Program-made: the position numbers and the translations under genes
NCBI GenBank assembly: GCA_002256025.1
Contig: NKIB01013488.1
Location: 1-56,616, forward strand
DNA from: Asterionella formosa
Taxonomy: Eukaryota
Reading direction: 5' to 3'
Length of the DNA stretch: 56,616 bases
In this document: positions 1 to 11,657 of the stretch, one piece after another
Position numbering within the stretch: position 1 is the first letter of the stretch
Layout: every line of letters starts with the position of its first letter
The notes under the pieces: generated by a model
The model's database searches: none
What the model was told of the DNA's origin: nothing
Seen by the model: the letters and a program-made list of their open reading frames with translations, nothing else

Positions 1-283
1 GGAAGAAAGTGTCAACTCCACAGTTTTGAGCAGCAAGGAGAAGAGCTTGACAGAGTCCACTGAGAGTGTAGTCCTTGAGGGGATCATTAGCATTGGGTCC
101 CCGGTAGAGCCGTTTAGGTTCTTTATTGCAGTATTCAAACAGACTGCGTCGTTCCGTAGCATCACCAAGCCGAGCTTGATAAGGCGACCACTGAGGGCGG
201 CGGGCGACAGAAAAGTCATTGTTAAGGGTTCCACCAGAGTAACCAGAACCTAGGCGATCAACATGTCCAAACTTGGTAGCCAT
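1..283 (-). CDS. N-terminus of Ty1/copia (CoDi-like) gag-pol polyprotein, running off the window edge
   Basis: The minus-strand frame from ATG at 283 is open to base 1: MATKFGHVDRLGSGYSGGTLNNDF...LSGLCQALLLAAQNCGVDTFF. It is not in the supplied ORF track because no stop lies in the window. It sits downstream of a copia-type PBS and a putative LTR. The GG...GxDTxF pattern resembles diatom copia gag N-termini (recalled similarity). Confidence 0.65.
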   Translation of the reverse strand, partial: MATKFGHVDRLGSGYSGGTLNNDFSVARRPQWSPYQARLGDATERRSLFEYCNKEPKRLYRGPNANDPLKDYTLSGLCQALLLAAQNCGVDTFF

Positions 284-298
284 TGTAACAGAAAAAAA

Positions 299-492
299 AA
301 GGAAGTATTCAGAAGGAAAGAAAGAAAGGGCTAGTCGAAGAAGACTACCGATGGAAGTAATGTAAATGAAAGAAGGAAGTATTCAGAAAGAATGAAAGGG
401 CCAGTCGAAGAAGACCACCAATGGAAGTAAAGTAAATGAGAGAAGGAAGCAATTAGAAAGAAAGGAAGGGCTAGTCAAAGAAGACTACCGAT
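299..492. repeat. Three imperfect tandem copies of a 70-74 bp purine-rich unit in the copia leader
   Basis: Units start near 299, 373 and 443: AAGGAAGTATTCAGAA...AAGGGCTAGTCGAAGAAGACTACCGATGGAAGTAA. Confidence 0.85.
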
Positions 493-726
493 AAAATTAA
501 AACAAAAGAGAAGAATAAAAGAAATATGATGTTGGAAGGTTTGGGCTCAATAACCACTTGAAAGTGTTATGGAAACTGTAGATAATTGAAGAATAGTAAC
601 TTAAATGAAGGCTTGTAGACTCTATGTTTCGGAATAAAGTGAGCTAAATGTTAAATGATAAAAGTAGAACAAGCTAGGAGTTGTCGCCAGTTGACAACAG
701 TCAAGTTGGAGAGACAGGAAATTATT

Positions 727-910
727 AATAGTGGAGTTACCACGATGGACATGACTGTTGTGGGACCGGAACTTGTTAATAGGGGGCGGAGTAACCATGA
801 TGGACAGGACTGTTGTGGGACAAGAAAATAGTAATAGAGGAGAAACAACAGTCTTGGCAGGGCTGTTAAGAGACAGAAAGTTAGTAGTAGGTGGAGTATC
901 CACGATGGGC
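727..910. repeat. Degenerate 55-60 bp tandem repeats inside the putative copia LTR
   Basis: GGAGT(T/A)ACCA(C/T)GATGGACA(T/G)GACTGTTGTGGGAC occurs near 733 and 788, with a further GGAGTATCCACGATGG near 893. Confidence 0.7.
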
Positions 911-1197
911 AGAGAGGTATAAGTTGGTATTTAACTTGGCTGCTGTTCACTGCTTCTTCCATTGGTGGGGTACCTCTGAGACTGAGGATTTCGCCATCAT
1001 GAATGTTGTCCACAATTCTCATGTTCCTGCATGTATATATGTGACAATATTTTAAAGGTTTGTAAATGTGATGATTCTTAACAGTCAACAGTAATATACA
1101 AATGTACATATCAATAAATAGAATACATGAATGTTGTATTATTTTTTCTGTACACATTCAATCTTTGGGAGTGTTACAAAGGGGGATACAGGACACC

Positions 1198-1265
1198 AAA
1201 CTAAACGTTTAGCTTTCTTCATCACATATCAAATTGTTTATTTAAGCAAAATGACTGCAACTTGC
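1198..1265. mobile_element. Truncated copy of the about 90-bp miniature TIR element
   Basis: AACTAAACGTTTAGCT...AAATTGTTTATTTAAGCAAAATGACTGCAACTTGC aligns with 36548-36636. The left TIR is missing. Confidence 0.6.
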
Positions 1266-1754
1266 AGGTATCAGTGGAGCAATATGGTGATTTTCCAGCT
1301 ATCTTTTGCGTTACACTGAAAAAATTTATTAATATCTCAATTTCCTTCGAATTCTTGCATTTTATAGATTCTGTTTCTCATCCCCTTCCCTCAAATCTCA
1401 TGGTCGAAATACCCCGGAAAAAAAATGAATAAAGAGAAGTATCGATTCATCATCAGAATTGACTACATACGGTGCTGGTACCTGGTAAACCTTTTTACCA
1501 GCAACAGCCAGGTACTGTAGGTTGTACATACCTACCAGTACATAGTAACAGATCTACCGTACCTGTACTCGTCTGAGTAGTTTACATATTATTTTCCTTC
1601 TTTCTATGTATGCGAACAGCAAATCTGGCATGGACATAGCCCACCATCAGGCATTGTTGAACACGATTGGTTTCATGTCAAAAAGGTTCGATCAGCGAAT
1701 GTTCGAACATATATAATAGTTAATCAAAGCACCGACAAACCTCGCTCCTGTATC

Positions 1755-3087
1755 ATGGCCACAAAGACTGAAGACTCGAACCTCGCATTCATTGGAAGTG
1801 CCGAAGACAAGGCTGCCAAGTTGGTAAGAATGACACATGATGGAATCGAACATTGACACGAAATGGCGGGACTCGATCTAGGATCCGTCGATAGTATTGC
1901 ATAGCGACACATTGCACTCACATGATGCACAGGCGGCGGCTAGAATCGAAGTCGACTGGGATGGCGTCGGAACTTCTCCTGGAATCGAGATTTGGAGGGT
2001 GGAAAACAAGCGTAATGAACAAACACGAGCACCGCAGTTTGGCATCCACAAGTGGCCTAAGCGACACTACGGCGAATTCTTCACCGGAGATTCTTATATT
2101 GTATTGCAAACATCACAACAACCAGGCTCAGAGACTTTCCTGTACGATATTTACTTTTGGATAGGTTCAGAGTCGTCGCAAGACGAGTATGGAGTGGCAG
2201 CATACAAGGTGAGTCTTTTCACATGGGTGTTTGGGTAAGTCCTTGACTGCTCTTCAAATCAGACTCACTGTTTCGCGTCACGCATACACACATGTTAGGC
2301 CAACGAGCTAGACGAGTTGCTAGGTTCTACTCCTGTCCAACACCGTGAAACCGAAGGATACGAATCGGACGGATTTCATAAATGTTTTCCCACTGGTCTT
2401 CGCCTCCTCAAAGGTGGAATCGCGAGTGGATTTCGCGACGTGGATGTGGACGAGGGTAACATTGAAATTCCCACTCGACTCTTCCACATCCGTCGTAAGG
2501 GAAACAAGACGAATTCTTATTTGGTGGAATTGTCTGTGACATCCTTGAATCAAGGCGATGCGTTTGTTCTGGACGCTGGAGAAAAAGTTTATACGTGGTA
2601 TGGACAAAGCTCGAGTCCATTCGAAAAGAATAAAGCAGTTGAAATAGCTCACAACATGGTTGAGCATCGCCTCGGTCATTGCACTCTAGTGGCTGATGTT
2701 TCGGATGACGATGAGAAATTTTGGGAAATTCTTGGGGGCAAAGGAGCCATTCCAGAGGCCACGACATACACTGATGATGACATGCCCCAGGAGCACGAGC
2801 CGAAGATGTACATTATATCAGATGAAAACTTGGGAAAAATCAAAGTAATGGAAGTGGAGGCATCGAGGAGGCACTTAATTACAGACGATGTTTGTTTGAT
2901 TGACCTTGGAAATCTTGTCTTGGTGTGGATTGGAAAGGGTTCATCCACTCGTGAGCAGCAGCAGTCCATGTCCATTGTGCAATCTCAACTCAAGGCGCTT
3001 GGGAGACACAAGAACACGCAAGTCGAACGAGTTATGGAAGGGCAAGAAAGCCGTTGTCGATCTTGGAGCAAAGTTTTCACCGTATAG
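1755..3087 (+). CDS. Gelsolin-family actin-severing protein with three gelsolin domains (severin/fragmin-like); exons 1755-1823, 1933-2208, 2299-3087; 377 aa
   Basis: Motifs include GIEIWRVE, GEFFTGDSYIVL, YDIYFWIGSESSQDEYGVAAYK, PVQHRETEGYES, LNQGDAFVLD and LVWIGKGSS. GT-AG introns at 1824-1932 and 2209-2298 join the ORFs in frame. Confidence 0.93.
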
Positions 3088-3554
3088 ATACGTCACTTTC
3101 GTTCAGTTTAGCATTCACCCTTAAGCACAAAGTAGGCTTTAAAAATAGTGTACCACGTTTGTATCCCTAATGAGGAAGGATCTACTTCAATCAGTTGCCG
3201 TTGAAGTGTTGATATACTATGTCGTGTCTAATATACTAGATTTTTCATAATCACCAAATCATTGATTATACGATGAGTGTGGTTCATGTTCATATCATTT
3301 TGTTTGTTGATCCTGCGACAAAACAAAGCAAATCTGGCTTTGTTAACTTATAATTGCCGAAGAGTTAATGCTATCCATGCGACAATTCTGTTGAATCATG
3401 CGAAAGACTTCTGCCCATTTTTATGGGAATGTGACTGACTTCAATTACTTAAAAAGCCAACGAAATCAAGCATATTATATGGGAAAGCGATGGTACCCAA
3501 GATTCAAAAATTTCTTGACGCTCGCTCTTAAAATAAAGTCAGCGGCGATAGCGT

Positions 3555-4523
3555 TCACATAGGCGCGTGGTCTAACATCTTCTGTAATTTTTGGTTCCTT
3601 TCTTCGGCTAGCCATAATTTGTGCATTGTGTCTTCAAGGTCGTTACCCATGTCATCAATTTCCATTTGCTTTATTTCAAGCTCCACCTGCAGTTCTGTCA
3701 GTCGGTGTTGCAACTCTGATGGTTTCTTCAATAGCCTTAGCTGTTCCTGCAAGTCTTCTATGATCGCATTTAATTGACGGGTCTCGAACTCTGCCATTGC
3801 TCTTTCTCGTTTCGACGACGGTGGCACTCGTACATCTAGGGCGCCCTCGGTGTTCTTCCATTTCTTCCCGAATTCGAACCCAGCCAGCGCTTGATCCTTT
3901 TCTTCTAGCTGCCTTTCCAAGTCCGGAATTATAGTTTCTTTCCAGTAATTCATTTTGTCACGCATCGTATGGATTTCCATGGCCTGTTGCCGAATTTGTT
4001 TGCTCATGTCGAAAAATTCTCGATCTTTCTTCGCGAATGACGACGGTGAACCTCCAACCACACTGGCTTTGAGTCCTTCGATTTCTTCGCTGTACTCTTT
4101 GCACATGATTTCTAGGTCTTGAACTGATGATTCAAGATGAAAAATCGTCTGGTCTTTAACGGCGCAAGCCTCAACTAGCAGATCTATCCTTGTCTCCACT
4201 TCAATAACGAAGCGCTCATCGTGAGAATCTTGTTGCAAAGCTGAATTGTTTGTTCGTGAGTCATTCTCCCCTATTTCGGACCAAAGAGTCGCGATTGTAG
4301 AGTCCTTTTCTGAATTAAGACGCTCGAGACTTTCTATTCTTCCAACCGAATTATGAGACTCCTCCACCTGTGCACCAAATCCTGGAAAACGGTCCTCCTC
4401 CTCCGGCCAGCTCTCAGATGCATGAGGTGCGTCCGGATCTCGTGATGACGACTCCGAAATTTCGTAAGATTCATCTGGATCTCGCTTGAATGTCCTTTGG
4501 GTACTACCGGTATATTTCTTCAT
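3555..4523 (-). CDS. Hypothetical coiled-coil protein (about 322 aa)
   Basis: Long CpG-rich ORF; the first ATG gives MKKYTG. An acidic disordered N-terminus is followed by an E/Q/K/L heptad-rich region. Confidence 0.75.
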   Translation of the reverse strand: MKKYTGSTQRTFKRDPDESYEISESSSRDPDAPHASESWPEEEDRFPGFGAQVEESHNSVGRIESLERLNSEKDSTIATLWSEIGENDSRTNNSALQQDSHDERFVIEVETRIDLLVEACAVKDQTIFHLESSVQDLEIMCKEYSEEIEGLKASVVGGSPSSFAKKDREFFDMSKQIRQQAMEIHTMRDKMNYWKETIIPDLERQLEEKDQALAGFEFGKKWKNTEGALDVRVPPSSKRERAMAEFETRQLNAIIEDLQEQLRLLKKPSELQHRLTELQVELEIKQMEIDDMGNDLEDTMHKLWLAEERNQKLQKMLDHAPM

Positions 4524-4854
4524 TGTTGAGGATGTGATGCACGAGAAACGCCGACTTGGCACATGCAAGGTCTTGATTTTGACAATTTGAAACTCGAGGT
4601 GTACAGAAAAATAGGTACCCAATGCATGTGACGACGGTACCTGACCTCTTTATTTGTTAACCCCGCTGTGCATGCGTATTTATTTCTCATTGCTGCTGCT
4701 CATGATGTAAACGTAGATGCATTCGTACATGCCGGTATGCTGTACTGTATATCCGAGGTACACCTGGTATCTGGCACTGCTACCTGGTACTGTATTTATC
4801 CCCACGACAACATACTGGTACCTGGTACCTGGTAGTGTGTTCAATTATTTGACG

Positions 4855-7055
4855 GAAGTTGCGGTCAAAATTTCTTGCTGAAATTGATGACGTGACGCAG
4901 GACAGGCGCCTACCGGTAATCACATGATAGAAAACGTCATCAATTCACTCTTTAAAATCGTCCATAATGATCGCCACATACCGGTACGGCCGGTAGTGAA
5001 ATAGATTTTATGCTAATTTTATTCTTCCAAACAGGGAAACGTTAAAACGTGGGCAAATGCTTGAAAAGCAAAAGCAAAAGACAATGACTGGTACTCCAGT
5101 GTACCTACTATAAGGGCGGCCAAAAGGAAGCAAAAAGTAAGCAAGTCTTGCTAATGTTGCTTTGTCCTCTCCAAATTCTAAATAGTTATCCTTTTCTGGC
5201 CAAGCAAAGTGATGAAAACAACCTATCTTAATTTATGGTTTCAAAGTCAGTGGAATTGGAAATTTGTAACTGCTTCCAGCATCATCATACCACCAACTAC
5301 CCAAAATAACTATTGTAAAGCAACTGCATATGTACAGTATATACACATGTTATGATGTATAAATCGACTGTTTTACAAGTTTACAATTTTTAAATGTATA
5401 ATTGTCTATACACTTGAAATCATGTTTAGAGGTTACTTGTCATGATGCATACTGGTGACACATCATGAAATGAAAGATTACCTCAGCCACATGACAAGGA
5501 AAACTGAAGTAAAGCTACAACATAATTATAAACCTTGCAGCTGAGAAGGATTGACAACGGAAAAGTGAATAGAATCTAGCTACTAAGGTATCATATCATG
5601 GGCACCACATGCCAGGATGATTGATTGATGGGTTCTCAAAGACTTAATGATTGCTTCCTTCTCTTGCAATTCAACAGCTCATTATGCATGTGCTAGGACA
5701 GAAATTGGTTCATGCTCTTGTTTGATCAATACACAGTTTTTAGAACATTACTGTCACTTGTGTGTTTTTTAATCTTTCAGGATAATTTTAATCAAACAGT
5801 TTTGTTGTAAGTTAGTATAAATGATGCTGGCTGGTGGAAAGATTTATTGATCTGCACTTTTGCGATATTCGACTGAAACATTATTTTACAGAATTATGTG
5901 AAAATTTCATCGACTTCTGGTTAGTGAAGCATGATAAAATAGGACTGCAGTAACGAGTAATTCCTTTTCATTGTAAGTGTGATTAGGAAATCAAAATGGA
6001 TAAAACAGGAACGGAATAGCGCATGCGAATGAAGAATCAGAATCAAAAGGAAATGGGAGTTGCAGCAAGTAGCTAGTCAGAAAAGTTTCAGAATCAGAGT
6101 GGAAAGGAGGCAGGAGGCATGCATCCTTAAGAGCATTGAAGGGAAGTGAGAGGCATGCATCACGAGCATTAAGACAGTAGGAAAGGGGAACATTTGCTGT
6201 TTAACCGCACAAAATGTAGAAACAAAAGAATCATTTCGTGTTATAACAGTAATATTACAATCCAGTCCACCCTAATTTCAAGAGTTATTTTGATTAGAAT
6301 TACCATCATGTTAGGATAGATATGTGATGAAAGAATGTACATCATAGGATAAGGTTTTGATAATTATATGGTGTTTTTTATAAGTATGCTTAACATGATC
6401 ATACTTATAGTATGCATTTATCATGCAGATAACGAAATATGATGTATCATGAGGAGAAAAATTCTGTGCCAGTTATCATATGATTCCCCTGATCTTATTA
6501 CTAATATACTTTAATTTGCAGACGAACATGTCGCAGTTTTCTCCAAAGCTGCTCACGATGACCACACAGCACTCCATAGTGTTTAGGTGTTAAATAATTT
6601 AAGCGAAATAATTATTAACAAGTGCTAGTATCTTGAGTACCTTGAGCATGACTCCACCAGTCAACATACATGATACTATGCATGATATATCAGTTATAAC
6701 AGGTAGTAGTGGTAGTTGTTACAAATGATGAACAAGCTAACATGTGAATATTGAAATACTAATTGATATAGTACTGTTCACTATTGGTTGTTTTCATCAC
6801 TTCAGCTGGCTGGAAACAAAGGAGGAAAATTTTTAATTTGGAGAGAATAAATCAAAGCACATATAAGCAAGACTTGCTTACTAATGCTTTCTTTTGATGT
6901 TTCGATATTTCCGCATGTAGACGAATTAATTAGCATAAAACTGCTTCACTAAGTCGTGAAACAATTGATTTCAGAGATAGAATTGACGACATTCGCTATT
7001 TAGTTGTTCAGCGCCTGTCCTGCATTTTGCATTTCAGCAAAATGACCACAACTTG
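4855..7055. mobile_element. Non-autonomous DNA transposon with long imperfect terminal inverted repeats (about 4855-5226 and 6783-7055)
   Basis: Colinear inverted blocks at both ends: AAGTTG(C/T)GGTCA, TTGCTGAAAT, GCAGGACAGGCGC, TTTTATGCTAATT, AGTAAGCAAGTCTTGCT, CTCTCCAAATT and AAGTGATGAAAACAACC. The interior has no ORF of 60 aa or more and is CpG-poor. Confidence 0.8.
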
Positions 7056-7458
7056 AAGGTACCAGTGACATATGTGGACTACCTGGTATTTGGAGAACCA
7101 ATACCAGGATCTGATATTGACATGTAGGAGCATTATGATTTCACCTCACAGAATGGCTGAAACTTTGCCTTAACCTGGCAATCGAGTTATCCCATTCAAG
7201 CAAGCCAATCAACAACATGCAGACTAAACAAGAATTATTATGTCTAGCTCTCTGTAAATCTCTGTAAATGTAGGCATAAATGACAGCTGCATCAAGATGC
7301 ATTCAAGTCTGGAATTTATGAACATCTGCTGGCAAGCAATGGTGGCATGTAGCTGCACACTTCTTTGAAACAGAAGCAATTTTATAATATGTACACAAGA
7401 AAAATATGATGAACAAAACAATTCATGCGATCAATCTTTGAATATATGTATACACTGT

Positions 7459-7815
7459 ATGTGGCGCAACTCTCAACCCCACAGCCTAGTGGTGGCAGAC
7501 ACCTCGACCACCTATTCCTAACAAGACTCCATTCCCTATGATGAACATGGCCACTTTTCAACCTCCCCCTCTCGCATTGCCTCGCTCATAAACTTCCCGG
7601 CCTCCATGGAGGCATGGCTGACCACCTACCACACTCGTTAAACCCACCTAAATGCTCAAATCTGCCAACCATCACAGACAGAACCCCATCCATCACTACA
7701 CACTCCACCACCATCTTTCCAATCCAGTTCAGGCCAACTAGGCGCTTCACATCCCGGTGCAACCTAACAAACTCAGCAGTAGTTGAGGCTCTATAATGGT
7801 TTAAAATTTACTTTT
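7459..7815 (+). mobile_element. Possible decayed 3' fragment of a non-LTR retrotransposon (LINE)
   Basis: C/A-skewed segment whose start reads WRNSQPH, similar to the WxxRNxxxH motif at the end of L1-type ORF2. It ends in an AT-rich tail. No long ORF is present. Confidence 0.3.
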
Positions 7816-7840
7816 TGATTATATATACACTCCATGTACA

Positions 7841-9523
7841 TCAAGCAAAGGTCCCTTCTACTGGATCCTGTTCCATCATTTTGGTGACATCGCCAGGTGA
7901 TAAACTCACTGCTGGACTGAAATTAACTTTTTCTGGTGACACCACTGTATGTATTGGTGATGGTGGAGCAGGCTCAACAATTTGATTGTCTAGCAAATCC
8001 ACAGCTCTCTGCAAGGGTTGAGGAGAACTACCCTGTCGTTTCGAATCACGTTCTCGCTTTCTCTCCAGTCGCTCCTGCTCCATTTTTGTTCGTTCTTCGT
8101 ACTGCTTCTGCTTCAAAACCATGAGCGCTTCCAGCTTGTCGACAAAATTGTCGACCGAGCCTGTGGAATTCAGCGAATGCATTGAATTTGCTAGTGTATT
8201 CTGTTCTGCGGACATACTGCATTCGATAATCAAGGACATCTGGGTACTATTGCTGATTATCGTACCGGGTGCTGCGGGTCCAAATTCAACCTGCTCTTCA
8301 TCTCCCTCTTTAGGGTTGTACATCAAGCACGGGGTTCCATCGTGGCGAGGAAAATCGCGAAAGGCAAAGGGAAAGCTTTGTTCCTGTACGGCTTCTGGCG
8401 GTTTTGTCGCCCATGGCATGGCCGAAGGTAAATTTCGAAACAAAAAAGCGGCGACACCTCCTTCCCACGACGACGTAGAATGCATAGAGTCATTGTTTTC
8501 TTGTTCTTCTTCTGTAATTGGCAACATTGGTTTGATGGCGCTCGTAGGAATCCTTTTCTTCTTCGACTTAACCTTTTTCCTCTCCACCGAAGGCTTGTCC
8601 GAGTGCAAAAATGATGCTCCATAAAGCAATTCAAATGGGTTGCTGGTGGCGATGTACCGCCTCGTAGCAGGTTGGTCGCTAGCAACAGCCACAGGTACGG
8701 CATTTCCGTCACTTCCATTGCATTGCGGGTCGCCGTTTCGCTGAAGGATTTGATCATTAATATTTCGTCCAATGTAGGCGTCTCTAGCTTCGTCGTCGTA
8801 CATGCTTTCCGGTCTTGAATATCTCTTTTGCCGCTGGTCCAATCGGATATAAAACGATATAAGGGAAATGGAACACAATAGAAAGAATATCAAGAAACTC
8901 AAGAACATAATTTCCGCCTGAGACCAGCCGCTTGACGACGACGGCGTGGAAGCTGTTGGGGTTGCAAAGTTTTGCAGGTTAATATCAACCGAAAGATTTT
9001 CCACACTAGGAAAAGATCTGGTGACGCTGGCCTTGAACTTGGAAAAGTCTGTCTGAAGCGCTTCAGTCACGAATATTCGGATGAATTCATCTGCTAGAGT
9101 AGACGAAGGACGATTGACCGAATCGATAAATGCCATAGTCCCATACAATTCAGCATAGTACTGATGCTGGGTCGAAACTGCAGTTTTCGATTCTTTGAGG
9201 TTAACCTTCAAGTCTACAGTTTGCAAGTCCTGAAGAGTCGTTTGTGAATGAATTGAAGAAATGGAAAAGTAATCCTTGAGGTAAGCTTCAATATTTTCCT
9301 TGAGGTTGATGGATACTTGAGACAAAGTTTGAGAGCTATCGTAGGGAAGAGTAAATAAGACGGCGAAGGGTGGAACATTGTACAGGGCTAAAGTTTGCGT
9401 CCTTCTGTTTGTGGAATCTGACCATGGTGATGCCAGACTGGACGTTGCACGAGTACCGGAAGCCGTGATCAACAGCAACAGCAAGGTGCAGAGGAACAGC
9501 AAAGGCTGTGCGGTAGTTATCAT
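7841..9523 (-). CDS. Type I single-pass membrane protein (signal peptide, SEA-like ectodomain, long disordered cytoplasmic tail), 560 aa
   Basis: Hydrophobic N-terminus LLFLCTLLLLLITASG; TM segment IMFLSFLIFFLLCSISLISFYI followed by basic RLDQRQKR. The ectodomain pattern is shared with three other genes in the window. Confidence 0.85.
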   Translation of the reverse strand: MITTAQPLLFLCTLLLLLITASGTRATSSLASPWSDSTNRRTQTLALYNVPPFAVLFTLPYDSSQTLSQVSINLKENIEAYLKDYFSISSIHSQTTLQDLQTVDLKVNLKESKTAVSTQHQYYAELYGTMAFIDSVNRPSSTLADEFIRIFVTEALQTDFSKFKASVTRSFPSVENLSVDINLQNFATPTASTPSSSSGWSQAEIMFLSFLIFFLLCSISLISFYIRLDQRQKRYSRPESMYDDEARDAYIGRNINDQILQRNGDPQCNGSDGNAVPVAVASDQPATRRYIATSNPFELLYGASFLHSDKPSVERKKVKSKKKRIPTSAIKPMLPITEEEQENNDSMHSTSSWEGGVAAFLFRNLPSAMPWATKPPEAVQEQSFPFAFRDFPRHDGTPCLMYNPKEGDEEQVEFGPAAPGTIISNSTQMSLIIECSMSAEQNTLANSMHSLNSTGSVDNFVDKLEALMVLKQKQYEERTKMEQERLERKRERDSKRQGSSPQPLQRAVDLLDNQIVEPAPPSPIHTVVSPEKVNFSPAVSLSPGDVTKMMEQDPVEGTFA

Positions 9524-10364
9524 TTTGTCTTGGTGCTTAAATCATCAACTCAAGGAAGAATGTCCAACGCGGTTCTCAGTCAAAGGTCCTTAGTCGTACT
9601 GCTAACTTCATGCGAAGGAGCGAGTGCAATGCAAACTACATGTGTGCCCTCACAAGACTCGTCTACAAAAAGAGATGTTTGATCAATATACTATTTTAAA
9701 TTATATTCAGAAATGCATATTAGGTGAATAAAACAATGAAAACGAAATAACACGGTTTACCGGAACTTAACGCTCAGCAGTTGCGTTTAGAATGGTCGAC
9801 CACGAGTTGCGGTATAAGATGGTTCGTACTATAAGAAAAGCATAGCTAAATGTCTCGTTTATCGCAACATCGGGCAAACCCTCGTATCCTGCACCAGGAA
9901 CACATACCACCTATACCAGACGGCCCAGGAAACACGATCTTTACTTCTAAAAAAGATAAGCTAAATTTTTCGACCATCGAACCTTCAACAGGTTCTCCAG
10001 CACCAGTAGAATGTTATGAGAATCGAACAAGTATAAAATGATTTTTGCTTTCTAGTACCAGGTACCAGGTACGGTACCTGATACCAGGTATACAAAGTAT
10101 ATCATAACGCTTGATTATCTTGTGATCATACCGCACAGTTTTTCTGCTGTCATAGTTCGTAAAATTTCGAAGCATTTTACTATCAGATTTTCTTGGAGAG
10201 ATATTTCTTTGGGTCGTATTGCTTTGTTTCTTGGTTATGAACATGCAGGACATGTGGAAACAGATACGTATACGAGTACCTACTGGAGTCCTGTGAAAGG
10301 TCCGGTAATCGAGATATTTAGCTGAGTCTCTTCCTAAGTAGATTAGTTTATGGCATCCCTCATG

Positions 10365-11037
10365 CATATTTGTCGGGGCAGTATATGTTGTATGGATTGA
10401 ATGTTCAAGCTGTTTGCAACAGTAATTGTTGTTTCCTATACTATGGTGTCATGGCACCAAGAAAATGTCCAGATCAGAAGGCATTTGAAAGAACACAGCT
10501 TCTTCAAATTGTATCCAACCTTCGTCAAGGACAATACATAGTAGATGATACTCCTTACACATTGACTGATCAAGTCCTTTGTTCCTTTGTTGGAAGTCAA
10601 AGGGAAGCAACAAACAAAGATGTATACAACTTTTTCCTTTAACAAATGCGCATTAGAATTGAGATGACGTTTGAGTTACTCACCAATAAATGAAGGATCC
10701 TGAAGACATCATAGCAGTCCTTCAGCCTGAAGAAATCAGTTGCTGTTCTTTCTGCTTGCGCCCGCTTACACAATCTTTGCCTACTCATGGATGATTATTA
10801 AAAAGAAAGAATTTGCTAATTGAATTTCTGAATCCTTTAGATCTTGTTGATCCAATGCCAAATCGTCCTCTTGGGCGAGATTATCTTCCAAATGTCAGGA
10901 AGTTGGATCTAGTACCAGGTACTTCACAGTTTCGGCAAATTATTCATGATGTTGCCACCAACAATGGGTTTAGGTGGCCTCCAGCTAATGTGTTACGCCA
11001 ACAATGTGAACTGACTGAAATAGGATTATTAATGTAG
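10365..11037 (+). pseudogene. PIF/Harbinger transposase (HARBI1/DDE_Tnp_4-like) C-terminal remnant
   Basis: SGQYMLYGLNVQAVC, GQYIVDDTPY, YNFFL*QMRIRIEMTFELLTNK*RIL match the Harbinger nuclease motifs, with in-frame stops. A decayed convergent coiled-coil frame at about 11080-11450 may be the partner ORF. Confidence 0.85.
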
Positions 11038-11657
11038 AAGACAAAAAATAATAACAACTAAAAGTAGAAATATACTTATTATGATTCAGATCATCCTCAG
11101 CTGTCTGGATGAGAACTACAGAATTTTTGTCAGTGCATTCATGGCTTCAAAAGATTCAACAAAACTGCCATTCTCTTGATACTCTTTACCATCAAATTTT
11201 TGCGATGCTTCATTGCTTGCTTTGTCAGCCCTAGCTTCTTTTAACTTTTCGCGGTACATACTTACAATTTACATTGTTCCTTCTCTTGTTTTACAACAAA
11301 ACTTGCTCATGCAGATTCTGCATTGGAACTTTGAGAGGCTAGTGTCATTTGTGTACAGCATTCATTTGCTTTTGAAAATTCTTTTACGAGATTCAACCAC
11401 TTGTTTGGATGTGTCTTCAAACTCATTGTCATCCTCAGCAGGAACATGATTTAGACTGTCTAAAAAGGGGCTACAAAGCTTTTGAAAAAATATATTTGGG
11501 ATTACTGCCACTTCTCTCCAGAAAGAATGAGGTCCCTATTATATCTGTATATAGATCATACCCCTAAATCGAGCAATGACTGTAGATAAGCATATGCAAA
11601 GTGGTCTTATTGTTGAAAGCTAGTTTTTCCTTTAACTTTTCTATTTAGTTTTACATA

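Larger units (their letters stand above)
1..1014 (-). mobile_element. 5' part of Ty1/copia LTR retrotransposon (putative 5' LTR about 559-1014, PBS about 543-556, leader, gag start)
   Basis: The minus strand reads TGTGGACAAC (from 1014) ... CACTTTCA (ends 559), then AGT GGTTATTGAGCCCAA. The latter closely matches the copia-type internal tRNA-iMet primer site GGTTATG(A/G)GCCCA. The outer LTR boundary at 1014 is a guess because the second LTR is outside the window. Confidence 0.6.
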
